Assembly: GCA_016839515.1 (NCBI GenBank)
Contig: JAEOUE010000309.1
Location: 1-11,210, forward strand
Length of the DNA: 11,210 nt
Source: Candidatus Hodarchaeum mangrovi
GTDB lineage: Archaea > Asgardarchaeota > Heimdallarchaeia > Hodarchaeales > Hodarchaeaceae
Direction of reading: 5' to 3'
Part shown: positions 1 to 7,571 of the stretch, one piece after another
How the letters are laid out: each line of letters opens with the position of its first letter
How positions within the stretch are numbered: the stretch's first letter is position 1
Translations under genes and position numbers: made by a program
Notes under the pieces: model-generated
Told to the model about the DNA's origin: nothing
Database searches by the model: none
The model's input: the letters and a program-made list of their open reading frames with translations, nothing else

Positions 1-2520
1 ATTGAAGAAATTTTAAAACATTTGAAAGAAACAAAGGATGATTTGGTAATACTTGACTTTTTATTGCATAAAATAGAGATTTGTTGGCGTTCAAGTAGCT
101 TAGATGAAGGATTTCAAGTTTCACAAAGGATAGAAGAAATACTTCGGAGGATAGAAAGTAATTTTGACCAAAAAAATGAAATTGATAGCAGGAAGGGAGA
201 ATATTTTTTAAAAAAAGGAGTTCTTGAATGGTATAAAGGGAATCTTGATCAATCATTAATAGATCATCAAAAGAGTCTTAGTTTCTCACAATCTTTGAAT
301 GATAAACAAGGAGTTGCAAATGTACTAAATAATCTAGGTCTATTATATCGTTCAAAAGGAAATTTAGATAAGGCAATTGAATGTCATCAAGAGAGCATCA
401 ATGTCGTTAAGAGATTGGGTAATGATCAAGTTCTCGCATCGAATTATAATAATTTAGGGGCGGCTTATCACTTGAAAGGAGACCATAAAAAAGCGTTAGA
501 ATTCTTACAGAAAAGCTTGATCCTTAAAAGGCAAATTGGTAACCAACAAGAAATCGCATTAACTCTACTTAATTTAGGGGTTAATTGTCGTATGCAAGGA
601 AGTCTGAATCAAGGATTAGAATATTATCAACAGGCTCAATTAATTTTTGAAAAATTAGGCGATAAAAAAGGTATTGCTCTTGTACTTAACAACCTAGGCG
701 ATGTATATCAGTTGAAAGGAGCCCTTAATTTGGCATTGGAATACTATCAAGAAAGTTTAACGCTTTATGAAGAACTAGGGATGAAGGAAGAAATCGCCCT
801 TTCCTATCTAAACATTGGTGAAATATACAAAATAAAAAAGAATGCTAGATGGGCTGAAAAATATTTCTTGCGAAGCTTAAAAATATATGAAGAGTCACAG
901 AACGATCTTTCAACATCTAATGTTTATTATAATCTATTTTTATTAAGTTTGGACAATAATGAGCTACATCAGTCCCAAAATTATCTACAAAAGGTTGAAG
1001 TGATCAAAAAAAGGGTTAAGAGCCGTATTGTCAATCATCAATATCTGATTGGAAAAGCCCTTTTATTCAAGACCAGCACTCGTTTTCGATCTAAGATGAA
1101 AGCTATAGAAATTCTTGAGAAAGTGGTTGAGGAAGAAGTAGCTGATTATAATTTAACGATTACCGCAATGATATCCTTATGTGATTTGTTACTATTTGAG
1201 CTTAAAACTACTGGAGAAGAAGAAATTCTTATTAAAGTCAAAGAATTGACAAATCAACTTCTTGATATAGCCAAAAAACAATCTTCCCACTCCTTACTAG
1301 CTGAGACTTATGTACTCCAATCTAAACTTACGCTTTTGGAATTAAATATTACAAAATCACAAAAATTATTAGAATCAGCATTATCTATTGCAGAAGAAAA
1401 AGGTTTAAGGAATTTAGCAGTTAAAATTTTTAATGAAAAAATAGCCCTTGAGGCACAGATAGAAAATTGGGAACATTTGCTTAAACAGAAAACGTCCTTA
1501 AATGAACGACTTGAATTAACAAGATTAGAGGACATAATGTCACGAGTAGCAGGAAAATCTTTCGAAATTACCGAAGAAGAAGTCAAACAATACGCAACAA
1601 GAGCTAAAAGCATCACAAAGGACTGGGAGGAAGTTCCGATTAGAAAATATAATTTGATCCATTTAAATCTACTTAAAGACTCCTCAAAAACTGAGAAAAA
1701 TAATTTTAGAGTTGCAATTGCCCAAATAGGAGTATCCGAGACTAATGATATTGTAAATGAGTTTTATGAAGAAAGATTAGATGGTCTTTTTAGTCTTAAG
1801 AAAGACAAAGTGGAAGTTATAAAATCTAAGCTTAGAGAATTAGTAAAAGATGCCCATTCCAAGGATGTAAAAGTCTTACTCTTTCCAGAGTTATCTATTG
1901 ATTTTAATTATCAGGAATTACTCGAAGAGGTTACCAACCTTGCTAATAAATATGATATGTATATAATTCCTGGTTCCTACCATAATCAAGACACTAAAAG
2001 AAACATTTGTTTAGTAATAGGTCCAGAAGGAGTCTTATGGCAACAAGAAAAACACATACCAGCTATTATCCATTATCATGGGAGAAGGCTCAAGGAAGGA
2101 ATTAATACTGAAGCTTTTATTAGAAATACAATTGTTTGTAGAACCGAATATGGAAATATTGCAATTACAATCTGTAGAGATTTCCTAGACATGGATTTAA
2201 GGGTTGAACTTAAAAATTCAGACCCCCCAGTGGATATGATATTTAATCCTGCCTTTACTCCTGTAACTGATGACTTTAAGGCCGCACATTTTGATGCCCG
2301 AAGATCTATCTATGCTTACTGCTTCTTTGCAAATATAGCAGAAGTTGGTGGATCATTTATCTTCACACCTGAACGAGAAAAAGTTGAACGAAAAATTCCC
2401 CCTAAGAAAGAAGATCTGATCTACAAGGAGGTAGATATTTTCAGATTACGTTCAGAGAGGAAAAAGTGGGAAATTGAACAAGGAAAAGATAAACCATTCA
2501 TTCAGAGTACACGAGTCTAG
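1..2520 (+). CDS. TPR-repeat protein with C-terminal carbon-nitrogen hydrolase (nitrilase superfamily) domain; probably 5'-partial
   Basis: Frame is open from base 1 (ATT GAA GAA ATT TTA AAA CAT TTG), so the TTG at 22 is probably not the true start. Seven 40-aa TPRs at 196-1035, a helical region, then from ~1705 FRVAIAQ...LLFPELS (E at 1888)...YIIPGS...QEKHIP (K at 2050)...ITICRDF (C at 2173)...FFANIA..GGS. Stop TAG 2518-2520. Confidence 0.9.
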   Translation: MEEILKHLKETKDDLVILDFLLHKIEICWRSSSLDEGFQVSQRIEEILRRIESNFDQKNEIDSRKGEYFLKKGVLEWYKGNLDQSLIDHQKSLSFSQSLNDKQGVANVLNNLGLLYRSKGNLDKAIECHQESINVVKRLGNDQVLASNYNNLGAAYHLKGDHKKALEFLQKSLILKRQIGNQQEIALTLLNLGVNCRMQGSLNQGLEYYQQAQLIFEKLGDKKGIALVLNNLGDVYQLKGALNLALEYYQESLTLYEELGMKEEIALSYLNIGEIYKIKKNARWAEKYFLRSLKIYEESQNDLSTSNVYYNLFLLSLDNNELHQSQNYLQKVEVIKKRVKSRIVNHQYLIGKALLFKTSTRFRSKMKAIEILEKVVEEEVADYNLTITAMISLCDLLLFELKTTGEEEILIKVKELTNQLLDIAKKQSSHSLLAETYVLQSKLTLLELNITKSQKLLESALSIAEEKGLRNLAVKIFNEKIALEAQIENWEHLLKQKTSLNERLELTRLEDIMSRVAGKSFEITEEEVKQYATRAKSITKDWEEVPIRKYNLIHLNLLKDSSKTEKNNFRVAIAQIGVSETNDIVNEFYEERLDGLFSLKKDKVEVIKSKLRELVKDAHSKDVKVLLFPELSIDFNYQELLEEVTNLANKYDMYIIPGSYHNQDTKRNICLVIGPEGVLWQQEKHIPAIIHYHGRRLKEGINTEAFIRNTIVCRTEYGNIAITICRDFLDMDLRVELKNSDPPVDMIFNPAFTPVTDDFKAAHFDARRSIYAYCFFANIAEVGGSFIFTPEREKVERKIPPKKEDLIYKEVDIFRLRSERKKWEIEQGKDKPFIQSTRV
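196..1035 (+). repeat. Intragenic array of seven 120-bp / 40-aa TPR units
   Basis: Units start at 196, 316, 436, 556, 676, 796 and 916. Core motif recurs at exact 120-nt spacing: NNLG 328, NNLG 448, LNLG 568, NNLG 688, LNIG 808, YNLF 928. DNA is diverged between units. Confidence 0.9.
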
Positions 2521-2559
2521 TTTTGGAGATTGTAAATGAGAGATCACTTAGAATAGTAA

Positions 2560-2569
2560 TTTTTTTCTT
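2560..2569 (+). terminator. Putative archaeal oligo-T terminator of the TPR-nitrilase gene
   Basis: TTTTTTTCTT about 40 nt after the stop, in a convergent intergenic region. Confidence 0.4.
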
Positions 2570-2607
2570 AAAAATAGAACTCCTTTTATTTGGACCTATA
2601 ATTGAAT

Positions 2608-2622
2608 AAAAAGAAGAAAAAA
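2608..2622 (-). terminator. Putative oligo-T terminator of the VOC gene
   Basis: Minus strand reads TTTTTTCTTCTTTTT, starting 11 nt after the stop codon. Confidence 0.45.
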
Positions 2623-2633
2623 TCCAAGAATGA

Positions 2634-3080
2634 TTACTTCCCAGATTTCACTCTTGGAGGACCAATGAAAAAAATATGATTTTCATCAGGATCTTTTATG
2701 GATATCATTGATATCATATCTGGATAATCGGTTATATCTGAGGTGGAGACACCTTTTGACTCCAGTGTAGCCTTTACTCCCTCAACATCTTTAATAGAAA
2801 TGTTCAATGAATCAGCTGTTTTAAATTCACCTTCACGGTACTGACTTAATCCTAAAAACGATCCCTTCACAGGAAGTTTGAACTCATACCATCCTGCCTG
2901 AGGAATCTCCATATTAATAGGTAATTCTAATACTTCATTATAGAACTTCTTGGAAACTTTATAATCCCTTATCCAATGGGATATATAGACCGATTTACTA
3001 TCATAGAGTTTAGCTAACGATTCTGTTGTTGGAGTTTTTTTAGATGTTGGCTTTTTTTTAGTAATTTTCTTTTTTGGCAT
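2634..3080 (-). CDS. VOC (glyoxalase/bleomycin-resistance) family protein with Lys-rich N-terminal tail
   Basis: VOC pattern: IRDYKVSKKFYNEVLEL...GWYEF...LNISIKDVEGVKATLESKGV...IKDPDENHIFF. SD-like GAGATGAT upstream. Confidence 0.85.
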   Translation of the reverse strand: MPKKKITKKKPTSKKTPTTESLAKLYDSKSVYISHWIRDYKVSKKFYNEVLELPINMEIPQAGWYEFKLPVKGSFLGLSQYREGEFKTADSLNISIKDVEGVKATLESKGVSTSDITDYPDMISMISIKDPDENHIFFIGPPRVKSGK

Positions 3081-3085
3081 CTTAA

Positions 3086-3093
3086 ATCATCTC
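3086..3093 (-). promoter_or_regulatory. SD-like sequence GAGATGAT for the VOC gene
   Basis: One mismatch to archaeal GAGGTGAT, 5 nt before the ATG at 3080. Confidence 0.5.
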
Positions 3094-3284
3094 TTAGGTT
3101 AGATATACATTCAATCTCGACTCTCTTCTCTTAAATTATATGATTGTTGCAATGATTCTTTAAATGGATATAACTATTAAGGTTATCTAGATTAAAACCG
3201 TAATTTCCAGCATTGGTTAAATAATAAGTCTTAATCAAACAAGGGGAGTATTGAAGAGAGATTTTTATTGATAATGTCCGTCAA

Positions 3285-5294
3285 TTAAATCTCCATCGAT
3301 ACCCAGTATAGAGGATGATCTGAATCATTGCTGACAATAAATTGACTAGTTAATATATTATATCCTGATGAAACAAAGATATGATCAATACGCTCAGAAA
3401 CATCAAAATCATTACCTACCACAATAGCAGAGGAACTTAGGAACCAGCTATCATTTAAAACAGAAATAGTCAAATTATATTGCTCCGAATATGGTTCAAA
3501 ATTGAAATCTCCCATCAAGATAACATTCTGATCCACGAGGTTCTCTAGGATATTCTGCTGTTGAATAAGAGGACCTCCATTCCCAAGATGGGTAACATAA
3601 ATAGTAAAAATTCTAGCTCCAATCTTCACCTCAGCTTCAATTGTGGCAGTCTGTTCTCCTTGACTATACATATAAAATGTGCGTAAATTTTGTATCGGAA
3701 ATTTGGAGAGCAAAGCAATACCAAAGGTTCCAGCTACTGTCTTGGGGCCGTAATATGAAAAGAGATTAAGTCGATCAGCAAAGAAACGAACGGCATCAGC
3801 ATTCCCACCCGAAATTCGGGCGATATCAGACTCCTGTAAGCCAATAATATCTGCATCAATTTCATTAAGAAGTGCTAATTGACCCTCGAGATTTTTTATA
3901 CCCTGTTCTGAAGTTCCTTGCTGAATATTATAGGTCGCAATTTTTAAACTAGTCGGAATAGAGGGTATTATAGGACGAGGGGAGGTAATAAAAATCCCCG
4001 ATACCGTACTAAGAACAATAATAATAAATAAACATGAAAAGAAGACAGGATTACGACTTATTGTTTTCTCCTTAATGTAAATTCGTTCTTTTATTAATAG
4101 AAAGGAGGTTATTGCTATTACTGCACCTATGATGAAGTAAACAATCCAGAATTTATCTCGAAAGAGAGGTCCAATAATTGGGATATAATCATATGTTGTA
4201 GTAAAGATATGAGCGAATAACATCAATAAGAAAAAAATTGAAGAAGAAGTAAAAGCCATTGACAATGTTTTTAATGAAGGTTTAATGTTGAGTAATGTTC
4301 TGGATAATAGTATAAAATCAATTAATAATATTGGGGAAAGAAGCAGCATAAATAATAAAGTAATGTAGGGAACAATAAAAACATCTGGAGCATAAAACGG
4401 AAAACTTTCGAGAGACCTAGGATAAAGAAGTTGATGTACTATTAGAGAATAAGACATCACAACTATAAATAGAGCATTCCAGACCCAAATCATCCAAGGT
4501 TGAAGCTGTGCAAGTAATTGAGTTTTTAAAAGGATAAGAATACCAAACCCGCTAAGTAAAACTGCAATAAGAATCGTAATTAGCCCATAATTACTCTCAG
4601 TCCATCGTGCTATCACAGTTGGGCTTGAAATACTGAAATAAATCATATTAAAAATACTGATTAGACCGAGAGAAGTAAGAAATGTTTTAGTATGGAACAG
4701 TGGAGTATTTTGATGAGTTTCCTGTTCATAAGACTGAATGATTACCTCTTTCATTGTCAATAAGAAACCTAACAACATTACAAGGCCAATTAAAGCAAAG
4801 ATCCAGCCAATAATTTGGAAACCTCCAAGTGTGGATAGATCACTCCCTGAACCAAGTGTTCGAAACAAGACAGAAAAAGCAACAGCGAGTACCAATCCTA
4901 AACCCAGAGAAAAACTTGTCGATTCCTCTTCAAAATCTTGCTTAAACCGAAAATATACTGGTAAAAATATTAAAAAACAACCAACACCCAACCCAGATAC
5001 AATTAACTTCAAATGAAGGGTTAAAAATGGTTCAAAAATTCTCATGATAATAACTCCTCCACCTGATAACATCAAAATCATTTTGTTTGCAGTATCTCTA
5101 AATAATATTAGAAGAATTGGCGAGAAAAGGAATAAAACAAATAAGACATTCTCATCAAGTGATAATGAGAGTAATTCTATTGCATAAATAGTCTCTATAA
5201 AATCCACCACTAATTGCAAAAAAAATAACATGAGTATGCTTAATAAAATTAGTTCAGAATACAGACGAGATATGAACCTTGAAATTGTTACCAT
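3285..5294 (-). CDS. Polytopic membrane protein (~13 TM) with C-terminal EEP (endonuclease/exonuclease/phosphatase) domain; Cwh43/PGAP2IP-like
   Basis: About 13 hydrophobic segments in aa 1-440. EEP motifs TYNI, GLQE488, TH569L, GD596FN, RIDHIF, SD659H660 in aa ~450-669. The block ESDIARISGGNAD...RLNLFSYYGPKT..GTFGIALLSKFPI matches the Cwh43 pattern as I recall it. Confidence 0.88.
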   Translation of the reverse strand: MVTISRFISRLYSELILLSILMLFFLQLVVDFIETIYAIELLSLSLDENVLFVLFLFSPILLILFRDTANKMILMLSGGGVIIMRIFEPFLTLHLKLIVSGLGVGCFLIFLPVYFRFKQDFEEESTSFSLGLGLVLAVAFSVLFRTLGSGSDLSTLGGFQIIGWIFALIGLVMLLGFLLTMKEVIIQSYEQETHQNTPLFHTKTFLTSLGLISIFNMIYFSISSPTVIARWTESNYGLITILIAVLLSGFGILILLKTQLLAQLQPWMIWVWNALFIVVMSYSLIVHQLLYPRSLESFPFYAPDVFIVPYITLLFMLLLSPILLIDFILLSRTLLNIKPSLKTLSMAFTSSSIFFLLMLFAHIFTTTYDYIPIIGPLFRDKFWIVYFIIGAVIAITSFLLIKERIYIKEKTISRNPVFFSCLFIIIVLSTVSGIFITSPRPIIPSIPTSLKIATYNIQQGTSEQGIKNLEGQLALLNEIDADIIGLQESDIARISGGNADAVRFFADRLNLFSYYGPKTVAGTFGIALLSKFPIQNLRTFYMYSQGEQTATIEAEVKIGARIFTIYVTHLGNGGPLIQQQNILENLVDQNVILMGDFNFEPYSEQYNLTISVLNDSWFLSSSAIVVGNDFDVSERIDHIFVSSGYNILTSQFIVSNDSDHPLYWVSMEI

Positions 5295-5316
5295 AATAAT
5301 CAGAAGAAATCCTAGA

Positions 5317-5332
5317 ATTATAAAGTTTTATC
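5317..5332 (-). promoter_or_regulatory. BRE-TATA promoter, likely leaderless transcript
   Basis: Minus strand GATAAAAC-TTTATAAT. TATA (5317-5324) is at -30..-23 from the ATG at 5294, and there is no convincing SD next to the start. Confidence 0.6.
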
Positions 5333-5455
5333 TAAAAGGGTCATAATAGAAAATAATCGACTCTAATTACCTTATAAATGGATGCATTCTCCTTTAATAA
5401 AGAGTTCACTTTTGTTTCTATATTCCAGCGCCTCAAAGCTCCAAATTTTTTCTAT

Positions 5456-6286
5456 TTAGCCCCTACTTTTAATTTCAACGCGATTTATCCAGATAAAACT
5501 TAAGATCAAAAATACCATGATAAAAATACTCAGAATAATTAAATTTGGGATTACATCGGTAGTTACTGATGTAACAAAGACATCTATAACATTTCTAGTT
5601 CTAAAAATTGATAAATCTCTTAAAAAATTAAAGTCGGGATTCATTCCACCAAATGTAAAGCTAAAGAAGCTACCAAAATAAAAGCCAGCAACTACAAGGA
5701 TTACTTTTCTTAAATCTAGTAATATTATCGAAATAAAGACCGTTACTGTTAAAATTGCTACAAAGAAAAAATAATCTAATAGAAAAACAGCAATAAGACT
5801 AGAATATGGTATATTTTCGTTAATGAAGATAAAAGTAACGATAATTCCAATAGTACTTGCACAAGGAATAAATAGAAGTTCAATTAAAGATGTTGTATAT
5901 CTTGATAGAAGAATCGCTTTTCGTGATATGGGTGTAACAAATAACTGATCTGCAGTACCTTGTGAAACCTCGATCGATAAAATTCGAACTCCTAAATAAA
6001 TTCCTAAAGGCAGTCCAATCCACCAGGAATAAGATAACCACCCCAAAGCAATCCATCCTCGAATTGAGGTGATACTAATAATAGGACCGATTAAAAATTC
6101 ATACAAAGGATTCTTGAGTAGTTCATTCAATGCATCATAAAAACCAATATCATTTACTTCAGGAAACATTATTCCCACCCAGAATATCAAAATAAAGATT
6201 AATATAGACATTCCCACCAAAATATACAGATCTTTTTTCATAAATTTCCACATTAATTGCAAATTAGCTTTATTTAAAAATTTCAT
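5456..6286 (-). CDS. ABC-2 type exporter permease
   Basis: About 6 TM segments and the ABC-2 permease motif EVSQGTADQLFVTPISRKAILLSR. Its ATG overlaps the ATPase stop (TAATG at 6284-6288). Confidence 0.88.
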   Translation of the reverse strand: MKFLNKANLQLMWKFMKKDLYILVGMSILIFILIFWVGIMFPEVNDIGFYDALNELLKNPLYEFLIGPIISITSIRGWIALGWLSYSWWIGLPLGIYLGVRILSIEVSQGTADQLFVTPISRKAILLSRYTTSLIELLFIPCASTIGIIVTFIFINENIPYSSLIAVFLLDYFFFVAILTVTVFISIILLDLRKVILVVAGFYFGSFFSFTFGGMNPDFNFLRDLSIFRTRNVIDVFVTSVTTDVIPNLIILSIFIMVFLILSFIWINRVEIKSRG

Positions 6287-7221
6287 TATTCTAAGCTCCT
6301 TGAATCTTCATCAGAATAATATTTAAGAAATATTTCCTCAAGTGAAGGATTTTCTATAGTTAAATCGTGAATGTCTTTAATTTCTGCTAATAATTTAATC
6401 AAAGAATGATAATCCCCAGAATATTGAAATTCGATAGTATTTTTTGATGACTTTACCTCTCTTATTCCATCCACCTTTGAAAAATTATTCTGGATACTAG
6501 GAACTAGTTCGGATTGCATTACTACCTTAATCCTTTTTAATCGAACGTTCAAAAGATTTTCAACTGATTCTGTTTTAACAAGTTTCCCATTTCGAATAAT
6601 TCCCACTTTATCACATAATTGTTGAACTTCACTTAAATTATGGGAAGAAAAGAAAAAGGTTTTCCCTTTTTTCCGTTCTTTTCTTATTAAGGAATAAACT
6701 GTCTGTTGTTTGAGGGGATCTAGTCCTGTTGTTGGTTCATCCAATATAATAAGATCAGGATTGTGTTGTAAGGCGGTTACAAAACCTATCATTCGTAATT
6801 GTCCCTTACTTAATGTTTTGATAGGACTATTCAACTTAATACCTTCAAATAGCTCAATTATCTCTTGTTGCTTCTCACTGGAAGAATTATAAAGGGATAG
6901 ATAAAAATCCAAATACTCTTGACCTGTAAAATGATTGTAAAGAAAAGAATCACCAGGTAAATAACCAATTCTCTTACGTATTTCTGGAGGGATATTCCGT
7001 GAATCATGATTCATGATTTCTGTATTACCCGAGGTAGCATGGAGTAACCCTAGGAGACATCGTATTGTTGTTGTTTTGCCTGCTCCATTTGGACCCAGAA
7101 ATCCATAAATTTCTTTAGGCTCAACTGATAATGTTAAATTATCCACTGCACAGGTCTTTTTCCCATAATATTTTGTTAAATTAGTGATCTGTATTACACT
7201 GGTCGTTTTAACTGCCTCCAA
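6286..7221 (-). CDS. ABC-2 type exporter ATP-binding protein
   Basis: Walker A GPNGAGKTT, YLPGD in the Q-loop position, signature LSKGQ, Walker B LIILDEPTTGLDP, H-loop SSH, C-terminal PSLEEIFL. TTG start with AGGA 6 nt upstream (7228-7231). Confidence 0.95.
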   Translation of the reverse strand: MEAVKTTSVIQITNLTKYYGKKTCAVDNLTLSVEPKEIYGFLGPNGAGKTTTIRCLLGLLHATSGNTEIMNHDSRNIPPEIRKRIGYLPGDSFLYNHFTGQEYLDFYLSLYNSSSEKQQEIIELFEGIKLNSPIKTLSKGQLRMIGFVTALQHNPDLIILDEPTTGLDPLKQQTVYSLIRKERKKGKTFFFSSHNLSEVQQLCDKVGIIRNGKLVKTESVENLLNVRLKRIKVVMQSELVPSIQNNFSKVDGIREVKSSKNTIEFQYSGDYHSLIKLLAEIKDIHDLTIENPSLEEIFLKYYSDEDSRSLE

Positions 7222-7571
7222 ATTTAGTCCTAATTGAGTAAAATTAAATACTAGCGTAATTTATTAAATCTCTCATCAAGGAAAATCATATTTTAGAATT
7301 AAAGCTTTCTTTATTTGTAAGAATCTTTACCAATTTATCCAAAAATAATTTTTTATTAAATTTATTGTTCCTAAACGACGAATGTAGAACTTAATTAGCT
7401 AGAACTTTGTTAATAACTCCTAAAGTTTTCTTAAAATTCAACTGTGAAAAATTCCCTAATTGGGCTTTTAAATACTAATTTTAAGTTTAAATTTCTTCTG
7501 TTCTATAATGAATAGAAAAGAAAATGATGAAATTTCTAGTGTCTCATTAGAAGTAATTCTTTTTTAATAAA

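Noticed and set aside
22-24. TTG at 22 as the start of the TPR protein
   Set aside because: The frame is open to base 1 with helical-repeat-like sequence and no SD, so the gene probably starts upstream of the window.
1308-1616. 102-aa minus-strand ORF
   Set aside because: Antisense shadow inside the TPR-nitrilase gene with no motifs.
4738-5016. 92-aa K/N/P/T-rich plus-strand ORF
   Set aside because: This composition is what the antisense of hydrophobic TM codons gives, and it lies inside the Cwh43-like gene.
6710-6892. 60-aa Cys-rich plus-strand ORF, considered as a RiPP/bacteriocin precursor for the ABC exporter
   Set aside because: Antisense to the conserved ATPase core (signature and Walker B), so a shadow ORF.
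6286-7221. Non-canonical ABC motifs (YLPGD Q-loop, LSKGQ signature) as signs of inactivation
   Set aside because: Such variants are common in ABC-2 ATPases, and Walker A, Walker B and the H-loop are intact.
7222-7571. 350-bp AT-rich spacer with short repeats (TAGAACTT x2, TTTATTAAAT x2, TTCTAT-N5-ATAGAA)
   Set aside because: The repeats are short and expected at this AT content. There is no CRISPR-like periodicity, terminal inverted repeat or credible ORF.
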